A stretch of 32,000 nt of DNA from Gemmata obscuriglobus (GCF_008065095.1 NZ_CP042911.1:390001-422000), one strand, 5' to 3'. Shown: positions 1-8,901, counted from the stretch's first letter. Translations and numbers: made by a program. The notes: generated from the sequence alone by a model not told the origin.

Positions 1-683
1 CGCTCGCGCTCGACGTGCCGGCCGGGCGCACGACGGTGCTGATCGGCCCGAGCGGGTGCGGGAAGTCCACGCTCGTCCGGCTGCTGGTCGGGCTGGTCGA
101 ACCGGACGCCGGCGCCGTCATGTTCAACGGCACGCCCGTCACGCCGGCCACGGCCCGCGCGGTGCGGCTGCGCACCGGGTACGTCATCCAGGACGGCGGG
201 CTGTTCCCGCACCTGACCGCGCGGGGGAACGTGACCTTGATGGCCCGCCACCTCGGCTGGGACCGCACGCGGATCGCGGCGCGGGTGGGTGAACTGGCCG
301 ACCTCACCCGCTTCCCGGCGGACGGACTGGACCGCTACCCGCAGCAGCTCTCCGGCGGTCAGCGGCAGCGGGTCGGCCTGATGCGCGCCCTCATGCTCGA
401 CCCGGACGCGCTGCTCCTCGACGAGCCGCTCGGCGCGCTCGACCCGCTCGTGCGGGCGGACCTCCAGGGCGAGCTGCGCGACATCTTCCGGGCGCTCGGC
501 AAGACGGTGGTGCTCGTGACCCACGACCTCGGCGAGGCCGTGTTCTTCGCGGACCGCATCGTCCTGTTGCGCGACGGGCAGATCGTTCAACAGGGGAGCG
601 CGGCGGACCTGTGGCACCGCCCCGCGGACCCGTTCGTCACGACGTTCGTACAGGCCCAGCGCGGGCCGGAGGTGCCCGCGTGA
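1..683 (+). CDS. ABC transporter ATP-binding subunit, osmoprotectant (OpuC/ProV-like) type; 5' end cut by the window edge
   Basis: The frame is open from the window edge. It carries Walker A GPSGCGKST, signature LSGGQRQRV, Walker B LLLDEP and H-loop VTHD. The stop TGA at 681-683 overlaps the GTG start of the next gene (GTGA). The protein ends just after the ABC core, with no CBS tandem. Confidence 0.9.
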   Translation, partial: LALDVPAGRTTVLIGPSGCGKSTLVRLLVGLVEPDAGAVMFNGTPVTPATARAVRLRTGYVIQDGGLFPHLTARGNVTLMARHLGWDRTRIAARVGELADLTRFPADGLDRYPQQLSGGQRQRVGLMRALMLDPDALLLDEPLGALDPLVRADLQGELRDIFRALGKTVVLVTHDLGEAVFFADRIVLLRDGQIVQQGSAADLWHRPADPFVTTFVQAQRGPEVPA

Positions 684-2191
684 CGCGCCAGCTGCCCGCA
701 TTCGTGTGCGCGGCCCTGGCCGCGACGGTCGCCCTCGTCCCCGGTTGCTCGCCGGCGGCGCAGAGGCCGGTCGTGATCGGGTCGAAGAAGTTCACCGAGT
801 CGGTGATTCTGGCGGAGATGGGAACGCAACTCGCCCGCGCCGGCGGGGCCGAGGCCCGGCGCGACGACCTTGGCGGCACCCCGGCGCTGTGGCTCGCACT
901 CACGCAGGGCGACATCGACGCGTACCCCGAGTACACGGGGACCATCACCCGGCAGATCCTCAAAGACGACCCGCCGGACCTCGCCGCGGCGCTCGCGGCG
1001 CAGGGCGTCCGGATCAGCAAGCCGCTCGGGTTCCGCAACAACTACGCGCTCGGGATGCGGAAGGACGTGGCCGCCGCGAAGGGCGTGCGGAGTATCTCGT
1101 ACCTGCGGCAGCACCCGGAACTGCGGTGCGGGTTCATTCACGAGTTCCTCGACCGCCCCGACGGGTGGCCCGGCGTCAAGCGGCACTACGACCTGCCGCA
1201 AACGGACGTGCGCGGGATGAACCATACGCTCGCGTACCGGGCGCTCGTCGAGCGGGCGATCGACGTGACCGAGGTGTACACCACCGACGGCGAGATCGCC
1301 CAGTACGACCTGCTCGTGCTCGACGACGACCGCAACTTCTTCCCGGCCTACGAAGCGGTCTGGCTATACCGCGCGGACCTGGAATCGCGGCACCCCAAGG
1401 CGGTCGAGCAACTGCGGCGGCTCGAAGGGCGCGTCACCGAACCGCAGATGCAGCGGATGAACAGCCTGGCGCAAGGCGAGCAGAAGAAGGACGAGCGCGA
1501 GGTCGCCGGCGAGTTCCTGACCCAGACCTTGGGGGTTACGGCCGGGGCAACGGCCGAGCCGGGCGACGGGACGCTCGCCGGGCGCGTGCTGGAGACGACG
1601 CGCGAGCACCTCAAGCTGGTGCTGCCGTCGCTGCTCGCGGCGGTGCTGGTCGCGGTGCCGCTCGGCGTACTCGCCGCCCGGCGGCCGGCGCTCGGACGGG
1701 TCGCGCTCGGCGCGACCGGCGTGCTTCAGACGGTCCCGTCGCTGGCGCTCCTGCTGTTCATGATCCCGGTGATGAAGTGGCTCGTCGACGAGGGGACGGG
1801 GCCGGCCCCCGCGATCGCGGCGCTGTTCCTGTACAGCCTGCTGCCGATCGTCCGGAACGCGCACGCCGGGCTGACGAGCATTCCCGCCCCCCTGCGCGAG
1901 TCGGCCGCGGCGCTGGGGCTCTCCCCGTGGGCGATCCTGTGGCGGATCGAGTTGCCGCTCGCGGCGCCGACGATCCTCGCAGGCGTGCGCACCGCGGCCG
2001 TCATCAACGTGGGCACGGCGACGCTCGGCGGGTTCATCGGGGCGGGCGGGTACGGGCGCCCGATCCTCCGCGGGATCGACAAGTTCGACGTACCGCTGAT
2101 GCTCGAAGGGGCGATCCCCGCCGCGGTGCTCGCGCTGGCGATCGAAGGGCTGTTCGGATTGGTCGAGCGCGCCGTCGCTCGGCGGGGGTGA
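680..2191 (+). CDS. Fused substrate-binding (OpuBC/OpuCC-like) and permease subunit of an osmoprotectant ABC transporter
   Basis: A GTG at 680 gives VTRQLPAFVCAALAATVALVPGCSP, a signal peptide with a lipobox. The N-terminal half resembles a glycine-betaine/choline binding domain (VVIGSKKFTESVILAEM, GDIDAYPEYTGTI, LGFRNNYALGMRK). The C-terminal half is a TM-rich permease with an EAA-like loop (ESAAALGLSPWAILWRIELPLAAPTILAG). Confidence 0.85.
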   Translation: MTRQLPAFVCAALAATVALVPGCSPAAQRPVVIGSKKFTESVILAEMGTQLARAGGAEARRDDLGGTPALWLALTQGDIDAYPEYTGTITRQILKDDPPDLAAALAAQGVRISKPLGFRNNYALGMRKDVAAAKGVRSISYLRQHPELRCGFIHEFLDRPDGWPGVKRHYDLPQTDVRGMNHTLAYRALVERAIDVTEVYTTDGEIAQYDLLVLDDDRNFFPAYEAVWLYRADLESRHPKAVEQLRRLEGRVTEPQMQRMNSLAQGEQKKDEREVAGEFLTQTLGVTAGATAEPGDGTLAGRVLETTREHLKLVLPSLLAAVLVAVPLGVLAARRPALGRVALGATGVLQTVPSLALLLFMIPVMKWLVDEGTGPAPAIAALFLYSLLPIVRNAHAGLTSIPAPLRESAAALGLSPWAILWRIELPLAAPTILAGVRTAAVINVGTATLGGFIGAGGYGRPILRGIDKFDVPLMLEGAIPAAVLALAIEGLFGLVERAVARRG

Positions 2192-2261
2192 GCGTTCACC
2201 CGCCGACCGGGCCGGTGGTCGCTACAACAGCGTCGGCACCTTCCCCCCGCGAGCCCACCCC

Positions 2262-3032
2262 ATGAAACACGTTCTTGCCGCGTGCGCGCTGGCGCTTCTC
2301 ACCGCACCCGTGCGTGCGGCCGAGCCGGAGGCCAAGGAGTTCAAGGCCGACGGCAAGTCGCTCCCGTACCGGTTGCTGAAGCCCGCCGACGCCGAACCGG
2401 GCAAACGGTACCCGCTGGTGGTGCTCCTGCACGGGGCCGGCGAGCGCGGGAGCGACAACAAGAAGCAACTGGTGTGGTTCTGGAAGGACAAACAGCCCAG
2501 CGTTCTCACGCGCCCCGAAGTCGGAGCGGCCAAGGCGTTCGTGCTGATCCCGCAGTGCCCGGAGGGCAAGAAGTGGGTCGAGGTGCCGTGGGAGAAGGGC
2601 TCCTACACGTCGCCGGAGGTCAGCGAGCCGCTGAAACTCGCCCTCGCCCTCACGGACTCGCTCCTGAAGGAGCTGCCGATCGACCCGGACCGGGTTTCGA
2701 TCGTGGGGATGTCGATGGGCGGGTACGGGGCGCTGGACGCCGTGCAGCGGCGGCCGGAGCTGTTCGCCGCGTGCGTGCCGATTTGCGGCGCCGGTGATCC
2801 CGCCAAGGCCAAGGACATCGCCCACGTCGCGGTGTGGGCGTTCCACGGCGACGCGGACACCGTCGTGCCCGCCAAGGGGTCGCGGGACATCGTCGCGGCG
2901 CTGAAGAAGGCCGGCGCGGAGCCGAAGTACACCGAGTACCCGAAGGTCGGGCACAACAGTTGGTCCCCGGCGTTCGAGGAAAAAGAGTTCTGGAACTGGA
3001 TCTTCGCTCAGAAGCGCCAGACCAAGAAATGA
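2262..3032 (+). CDS. Secreted alpha/beta-hydrolase (carboxylesterase / phospholipase / dienelactone-hydrolase-like)
   Basis: There is a signal peptide (MKHVLAACALALLTAPVRAAEP), a nucleophile elbow GMSMGGYG, and HGDADTVVP plus a late GH consistent with a Ser-Asp-His triad. Confidence 0.8.
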   Translation: MKHVLAACALALLTAPVRAAEPEAKEFKADGKSLPYRLLKPADAEPGKRYPLVVLLHGAGERGSDNKKQLVWFWKDKQPSVLTRPEVGAAKAFVLIPQCPEGKKWVEVPWEKGSYTSPEVSEPLKLALALTDSLLKELPIDPDRVSIVGMSMGGYGALDAVQRRPELFAACVPICGAGDPAKAKDIAHVAVWAFHGDADTVVPAKGSRDIVAALKKAGAEPKYTEYPKVGHNSWSPAFEEKEFWNWIFAQKRQTKK

Positions 3033-3172
3033 GCCGCAGAGTGCGGCGCGCGGAACGGGCAAGACGGCTCGTGCCACGCACCCGAACGGCGGAGTTGTCA
3101 ACGAACGCGATGCGACCGCGATCCCCGTCACGGTTTGCGGTTGCGTGTGTGCGATCCCACCGTACAGCGAAA

Positions 3173-3862
3173 CTATCCGACCTTGCCGCAGTCGCTGATG
3201 GTGACCTTGGCGGATGTCTTCCCGCTCCGCGAGCCGACGGCCTCGATCTTCTTGACCACGTCGTAGCCCGTCACAACCTGCCCGAAAACGACGTGCTTCC
3301 CGTCGAGGTGTGGTGTCGCGGCGGTGCAGAGGAAGAACTGGGAGCCGTTCGTGTTCGGGCCGGCGTTCGCCATCGAAAGGGTGCCGCGGCCGAAGTGCTT
3401 GCCCGCCTTGCCCTGGAAGGTCTCGTCGTCGAACTTGCCGCCGTAGATCGACTCACCGCCGCGGCCGTCGCCGGAGGTGAAGTCGCCCCCCTGGCACATG
3501 AAGCCCGGGATCACGCGGTGGAACGACGAACCCTTGTAAGCCAGTGCCGCTCCGGCCTTGCTCTTGGTGCCGACGCACAGTTGCAGGAAGTTCTCGGCGG
3601 TTTTGGGGCACGTGTCGGCGAACAGCTCCATCTCGATTCGCCCGGCCGGCTTGCCGTCGATGGCGATCTCGAAGAACGCCTTGGGGTTCTTCGGGTTCAC
3701 GGCGTGGAAGGGCTTGTAATCGTCGCCGAGGAGCCCCCCGCGCTCGGGCGCCGCGGAGCGACCGCCGTCGGCGTCCGGCCAATTTGTCGTACACGCGGGC
3801 AGAACCGCGACGCAGGCCAACAAAACGGCTCGACGCAGAAGAATCATGGGCCGGTGGGTCAT
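3173..3862 (-). CDS. Cyclophilin-type peptidyl-prolyl cis-trans isomerase, CypA-like, probably a lipoprotein
   Basis: [45 protein letters not shown] and LDGKHVVFG are near-identical to eukaryotic cyclophilin A motifs. The N-terminus [24 protein letters not shown] looks like a lipobox. Alternative ATG starts lie at 3880 and 3847. Confidence 0.9.
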   Translation of the reverse strand: MTHRPMILLRRAVLLACVAVLPACTTNWPDADGGRSAAPERGGLLGDDYKPFHAVNPKNPKAFFEIAIDGKPAGRIEMELFADTCPKTAENFLQLCVGTKSKAGAALAYKGSSFHRVIPGFMCQGGDFTSGDGRGGESIYGGKFDDETFQGKAGKHFGRGTLSMANAGPNTNGSQFFLCTAATPHLDGKHVVFGQVVTGYDVVKKIEAVGSRSGKTSAKVTISDCGKVG

Positions 3863-3991
3863 GGCGACCTCCACAAACATCGGATCGGGGCGCTGCGCCC
3901 GTGAAACTGCGGCGTGTACTGCTGGACGGGAGGCCGGTCAAGCGGAGTTCAGTGGTTTCAAGTTCGGGCCGCGCAGCGATGTGCGGGTTCT

Positions 3992-4121
3992 CATACATGA
4001 ACCCATCTGCGGGGGCGCTTTCTTGACGAGCCGCGACCGCCCGGGAGCGGGATACGTGGCACCGCTCCCGGGCGGTCGCGGCTCGTCAACAAAAGCGGCA
4101 GCATTACCAGGTACGTGTATC
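3992..4121. repeat. Nested palindromic repeat element, copy A (MITE/REP-like)
   Basis: A perfect 28-bp stem, TTGACGAGCCGCGACCGCCCGGGAGCGG (4023-4050) paired with 4062-4089, encloses the 11-nt loop GATACGTGGCA. It is flanked by a further ~30-bp imperfect inverted repeat ending in ATACA..//..GGTACGTGTAT. A second copy lies at 21906-22036. Confidence 0.8.
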
Positions 4122-4355
4122 AGTGTGGCCCGCCTTGGGGCTCGGAGGTGCGTTGCGCGCCAACCGCCAGACCGGCCGCACGAGGAGCGGACACGGTCTT
4201 CGGAGCAACTGTTCACGGAGTGAGCGGATCACACTTAACGGCCGGTGCATGAAACGACTGGCCCCGGTACGACACCAGGGCCGGCCGGTTCCTCTGCGTT
4301 GTCTTGTGCCTTTTGCGGCCGATCGGCTCCTGGCCTTCAGTTCCGGCCGCGCGGG

Positions 4356-5423
4356 TCACCCCGTTGCGAACAGGAACTGCAAGATCCGGTCGAACCGGGC
4401 GCCCCAGGACGCCTCGTTGTGTGTCCCGCCCGGCACCTCGGTGTAGCGGCAAGGGTTCCCGTACCGCGCGAGCAGCGCGGAGAGCCGGCGCGTGCGGCGC
4501 ATGGTCGCGGCGCGGCCCACGCGGGACGGGCTCTCGTGCTCGCCCACGTCGAGCCACACCCGGCACCCGCCCAGCCACCCCCGCGACACCGACACGTTCC
4601 GCAAGAAGTACTCGCGGTCCCACCACAGCGACGGCGACACCGCCGCGCACTTCCCGAACACCCCCGGGTACCACTTGCACAGGTGCAGCGAGATGAGCCC
4701 GCCCATCGACGACCCGCCGACCCCGGTGTGTGCCGGCCCGGACAGCGTGCGGTACGTCGCGTCGATGAACGGCTTCACCTCCTCGACCAGCAACCGCCCG
4801 TACCCGCGGGAGAGGTCGTGGTCGCGCCGCGGGCCGCACCGCACCGGGCCGTACTCTCGGAGCCGGTCCGGGGTGTTGGCCAAGCCTACCAGAATGACCG
4901 GCGGCACGCGACCCGCCCGGACCTCGCGCTCGGCCACCTCGTCGGCGCCCCACGGCACCCCGCCGAACGCGGTGTGCGCGTCGAACAGGTTCTGGCCGTC
5001 GTGCAGGTAGAACACCGGGTAGCGGCGGTCGCGCTCGGCCCCGTACCCCGGCGGGAGCCACACGCTGACCGTGCGCGCGTGCGGCAGGAACCGGGACCGG
5101 AAGTCGTGGTGGTAGTCGACGCTGCTCTGGTCCCAGCCGTTCACGTGGGCTTCGATCACGGGCGGCCCGTCGGCCCGGACCTCGCGCGGGAAGAACTCGT
5201 GCCCGCGGCCGTCGTTCTCGGCGTCGCGCCAGCGGCCCAGGGTCACGAGGAACCGGCCGCGGAACCCGTCGGGCAGTTCGAGCCGGGCGCGCCGCGTCCC
5301 GTCCCCCCACGGGTCGAGCGGGACGCCGGCCGCGGACCAGTCGCCGAGCGGCCCGTCCCCGGCCAGGAACGCCCGCCGCCACGGGGGGGTGGACTCCGGC
5401 ACCCGCACCACGAACTCGACCAT
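4356..5423 (-). CDS. Esterase-D / enterochelin-esterase-like alpha/beta hydrolase with an N-terminal carbohydrate-binding-like (CBM20-like) domain
   Basis: YPVFYLHDGQNLFD and GGSSMGGLISL (nucleophile elbow) are typical of the 'putative esterase' family. The N-terminal ~90 aa (VEFVVRVP...LGDWS...) resembles a starch-binding beta-sandwich. Confidence 0.75.
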   Translation of the reverse strand: MVEFVVRVPESTPPWRRAFLAGDGPLGDWSAAGVPLDPWGDGTRRARLELPDGFRGRFLVTLGRWRDAENDGRGHEFFPREVRADGPPVIEAHVNGWDQSSVDYHHDFRSRFLPHARTVSVWLPPGYGAERDRRYPVFYLHDGQNLFDAHTAFGGVPWGADEVAEREVRAGRVPPVILVGLANTPDRLREYGPVRCGPRRDHDLSRGYGRLLVEEVKPFIDATYRTLSGPAHTGVGGSSMGGLISLHLCKWYPGVFGKCAAVSPSLWWDREYFLRNVSVSRGWLGGCRVWLDVGEHESPSRVGRAATMRRTRRLSALLARYGNPCRYTEVPGGTHNEASWGARFDRILQFLFATG

Positions 5424-5503
5424 TCGCCCCTCGAAAGGTGGTTCCGCGCGCCGCGGTTCCGCGTATTATTCGCTCCAGGCCCGTCGCGGCGGAGTGTCAA
5501 GTC

Positions 5504-5986
5504 ATGCCCGATCCGACTGAGATCGTATCGTCCCTGGTGGCGGCCGGGTTCACCCATCTGGTGTGGATTCCCGACAGCCACCTCGGGCGCTGGGAGCCGG
5601 CGCTCCGCGGTTCGCCGCTCGCGCCGGTCCGCGTGTGCCGCGAGGGCGAGGCGGTGGGCGTCGCCGCGGGCCTCATGCTCGGGGCCGCCCGCCCGCTCGT
5701 GGTAATGCAGTGCACCGGCTTCTTCGAGGCCGGCGACGCGGTGCGGAACGTGGTCCACGACCTGAAGCTGCCGCTCAAGCTTATTATCGGTGTTCGGAGC
5801 GAGCTTAACGCCCGTGCCGGTAAAAGTGCCGACAACTGCCCGCACTTCGCCGCGCGCCTGATCGAGGCGTGGGAGGTCCACCACGCGCGGTTCGACCCGT
5901 CAACGAACGACATCGCGCAACTCGCCCGGGCGGTGGCGGCGCTGGCCGGGCACCCGACCGCGTCCGCCCTCCTGTGGGCGGAATGA
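5504..5986 (+). CDS. Thiamine-diphosphate enzyme N-terminal (PYR) domain protein, sulfopyruvate/phosphonopyruvate decarboxylase alpha-subunit-like
   Basis: The 160-aa product carries GFTHLVWIPDSHL, CREGEAVGVAAGLMLGA and VVMQCTGFFEAGDAV, matching the ComD-like PYR domain including the catalytic Glu context. The ATG at 5504 was chosen over the upstream ORF start at 5438. Confidence 0.65.
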   Translation: MPDPTEIVSSLVAAGFTHLVWIPDSHLGRWEPALRGSPLAPVRVCREGEAVGVAAGLMLGAARPLVVMQCTGFFEAGDAVRNVVHDLKLPLKLIIGVRSELNARAGKSADNCPHFAARLIEAWEVHHARFDPSTNDIAQLARAVAALAGHPTASALLWAE

Positions 5987-6305
5987 CGCCGAATCGTGCG
6001 AGCTGTTTTCCGGCGCCGGTCCGCGGTGCCATCGGGTTGATATGGCGGAACGCGCGGATCGAGCGCGGCACGCGGCGGGGCTGATTCGTGATCCGGTTGG
6101 CTGTGTCTATTTCTTGTCGCTCAGGCAATGATGCCTGTGCAACAAAAACACAAAACCTGGTACTCGGGCCGCCGATTCGCTGGCGCGTCGCGGCCACTGG
6201 GGCGCACGACGAGAACAGGACTATTCACTCAGACGAACGGACGGTGATGCCGGTCCGAAAGATGTGCCGCGACATTGTAGTTTTGTCGGCTCTTCGCCTT
6301 CAATG

Positions 6306-6638
6306 CTACGCAGCCGGTTCGACCGTGACGCCGAGCGGGTGCCCGTTCTTCGTCACGTGCGGGTCCGGGCCGAACGACTTGATCTGATCGGCCTTCAGTT
6401 CCGCCACTTCCAGCGCGCCGATCCACACCGCGACTTTGCCCTGCGTGTGCGCCTCCAGCATCAGTTCGACGCACTTCTCCACGGTGTACCCGAACACTTT
6501 GCGCAGCACCGTCACGACGAAGTCCATCGTGTTGGTGTCGTCGTTGTGCAGCACCACCGCGTAGGGCGGCTGGCGGCGCGTGCGGGTTTCGGTCTCCTCT
6601 TCGGGAACGACGTCCGGGGTGGGCGTGGCGTTGGCCAT
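6306..6638 (-). CDS. clpS: ATP-dependent Clp protease adaptor ClpS
   Basis: PPYAVVLHNDDTNTMDFVVTVLRKVFGYTVEKCVELMLEAHTQGKVAVW is the ClpS core. The ATG at 6638 gives about 110 aa, and the upstream ORF extension is not needed. Confidence 0.9.
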   Translation of the reverse strand: MANATPTPDVVPEEETETRTRRQPPYAVVLHNDDTNTMDFVVTVLRKVFGYTVEKCVELMLEAHTQGKVAVWIGALEVAELKADQIKSFGPDPHVTKNGHPLGVTVEPAA

Positions 6639-6989
6639 GAGTCCGGTCTCTCGGGAGCGGGCGGTAACAACGGTTAGTATACCCCCCTCGCGCGGCGCGT
6701 GGAAGTGCGCTGCCGGCCCCGAAAGTACGGTCGCCAGCCGTACCGTTGGTCCGTCCCGTCGTTTCAAGCTGGCACAGTCGTGACGAGATCAATGACGTGA
6801 TCGGAGGTTACACCGCATGCTGACGCAGGCGGGTGGCGCACAACCAACGAACTTGAAACGACTGGAATCGCCGGGCTCGTTCCCACGGGTGAGCGCGGCG
6901 TCACGCCCCAATATGAACCGTTCGACCGCCCGGCGGCGCCTGCACGCACGGCCCGCAACGGGGCGAACAACCGGGAACCTCGGGAGTTG

Positions 6990-7403
6990 TTACTTCGTCA
7001 GGAGACGGAAGTCGTGCGCGGCGTTGGCGGCCGGGTCGTAATCCACCTGAAGGGCCGAGTTCCGGTTGTACTTGGGCGGAATCACGTTCACGGTCTCGTC
7101 GCGCATCGTCCCCGGGGCGGCGTCCGGGTCCGGCACCCGCCGCCCGGTCTTTTGCTCCGCGATGATCTCGACCCGGTACCGCCCGGCCGTCGGGCCGCGT
7201 TCGACCGGGATCTCGTACTGCCCGTCCCGGACCTCGCCCTCGGCGCTGATGCCGTTGGTGAGGGCGAAAAAGCGGACCTTCCCGGTCGCGAGCGGCGTCC
7301 CGTCCACCGAGACGGTCCCGCGCACCGGCCCCCGTTTGGGGGCCGCGTCCCCGCACCCGATCAGCGCGGCCAGAGCGACCGCGCGCCACACACCCGCACG
7401 CAT
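6990..7403 (-). CDS. Small lipoprotein with a carboxypeptidase-regulatory-like beta-sandwich, partner of the DUF1559 gene
   Basis: [19 protein letters not shown] is a lipobox signal, and GTVSVDGTPLATGKVRF...GRYRVEI is a CarboxypepD_reg-like pattern. The start overlaps the stop of the upstream gene (TGATG). It is only the last 137 codons of the 585-aa track ORF. Confidence 0.7.
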   Translation of the reverse strand: MRAGVWRAVALAALIGCGDAAPKRGPVRGTVSVDGTPLATGKVRFFALTNGISAEGEVRDGQYEIPVERGPTAGRYRVEIIAEQKTGRRVPDPDAAPGTMRDETVNVIPPKYNRNSALQVDYDPAANAAHDFRLLTK

Positions 7404-8353
7404 CAGAAGTCCCCCAGCACTTCGCCGCCGGCCATGCTGCTCATGCCGGCCCAGGTGGCGAGATCGACCGAGTTGCGGACGAACCGCACCGAGCCGTCGC
7501 ACAGGGCCACGCTCACCCCGCCGCTGTGCCGGCTGCGGCTGCCCATGAAGAAGTTCAGCGAGTCGGCCGTGGACCGGATGCACGGCCACCCCTGCTGCGG
7601 GTTGTCGATGCACTGGCCGTAGTCCCCGGACGGGCTGTTCGGGGTGATGCGGGCCGAGATCTCGTAGCACCCGGAGTCGTTGTTCCAGATCCGCCCGCGC
7701 CGGTCGGTCAGGTCCCCGGAGTGGTCCCGCGGCGGCTGGAGCATCTCCATCAGGCACAGGGTGTTGCTGGTGCCGTCCGTCATGTCCGTGAACCTGGCGC
7801 CGAACTCCAGCCAGAACGGCGAGCGGCCCGCGGTGCCGACGTTCAGCGGCGCGGGGTTGCTGGCCGGTCCGCCCTGGTCGAAGAACGCCCACCGCCCCCA
7901 GTTCACCCCGTAGTTCCCCTTGTAGTCGTTGGTCGGCGACCACGGCTCCTGGGTCTGGTCGGACGGGCACTGGAACAGGGTCAGCTTCTGGGACCGCGCC
8001 AGCGTGTTGTTGGCGTGGTTGAAGTCCTGGGCCTGGTCGTAGTTCTTGTACAGGGTGTCCTGCTCGATGTACGGCAGCACGTCGGCGACGAACGGCTTGC
8101 GCTTTTTGGTGCTGAGCAGGCCGGTGACCGGGTCGTTCCCCTGGCTGCCGATCGGGAAGCGGCCGTTGGACGACTCGCTGTTGTGGCACGCGAGCGCGAG
8201 CTGTTTGAGGTTGTTCTGGCACTTCATGCGGGCGGCGGCCTCGCGCACCTTCTGCACCGCGGGCAACAGCAGCCCGATCAGAATGGCGATGATGGCAATG
8301 ACGACCAACAGTTCGATCAGCGTGAACCCGTAGCGCGGGCGGGCGGTGGGCAT
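7403..8353 (-). CDS. DUF1559 protein: prepilin-type N-terminal cleavage/methylation domain plus H-X9-DG C-terminal domain
   Basis: [44 protein letters not shown] is the N-terminal motif, and [16 protein letters not shown] is the C-terminal H-X9-DG. The start is the ATG at 8353. Confidence 0.9.
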   Translation of the reverse strand: MPTARPRYGFTLIELLVVIAIIAILIGLLLPAVQKVREAAARMKCQNNLKQLALACHNSESSNGRFPIGSQGNDPVTGLLSTKKRKPFVADVLPYIEQDTLYKNYDQAQDFNHANNTLARSQKLTLFQCPSDQTQEPWSPTNDYKGNYGVNWGRWAFFDQGGPASNPAPLNVGTAGRSPFWLEFGARFTDMTDGTSNTLCLMEMLQPPRDHSGDLTDRRGRIWNNDSGCYEISARITPNSPSGDYGQCIDNPQQGWPCIRSTADSLNFFMGSRSRHSGGVSVALCDGSVRFVRNSVDLATWAGMSSMAGGEVLGDF

Positions 8354-8901
8354 GTAATAGGTTCCGAGCGGATGGAGGTAGGCGCAGCACCAAGCGGTTG
8401 GGCGGGCGGCCGTGGAGTGCTCCGACGGCCCGTGTGGGTGGAGAGTATTGCCGCCGCACGTTCGCAACACAAGCAGAAATGTTCCGCCGCACAACCGAAT
8501 CACCGCGGCGCCCGGAGAGGAAGGCGGTGGGCCGCGGAATACGCGCCCCGGTTGCCGATCGGCCCGGCGGAGTGGCATGGCGCCGATTGTCCGGGGTAAT
8601 CCGGGCAAAATTTGCGGGCCGGAGGCCAGTATGCCGGTGCCGTAGTTTACCGCGAGTGGGCAAGAGGTAGGCTGAACGGAGCGGAGCCGCGCGGTCTGAT
8701 TCACCATCTGGTTGAAGAGTAACCGCTCGGCCGGACGTCGGTTGCACCCGCCGGTGTCAGCCGGCGGGTGACGCTACCAATTACCGATACTCGTCGATCG
8801 GACTTGGTATGAGTACCCCGTTGCGGCCGTTGCTCCGAGTAGACACCTGCGGCCGACCGCACCGTCCCGCGGCCCGCCCTTCGTTCCGGTCCGGTGCGAA
8901 C

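Noticed and set aside
4213-5382. A 389-aa minus-strand ORF and a 486-aa plus-strand ORF (4245-5705) overlapping the esterase gene.
   Set aside because: Both have extreme Arg/Pro/Gly/Ala composition typical of non-coding frames in high-GC DNA. The 4356-5423 frame carries clear esterase motifs.
6990-8747. A 585-aa minus-strand ORF and a 357-aa plus-strand ORF (7526-8599) over the DUF1559 locus.
   Set aside because: Only the last 137 codons of the 585-aa ORF are credible (the lipoprotein). The DUF1559 motifs are in the 7403-8353 frame. The plus-strand ORF is an antisense artefact.
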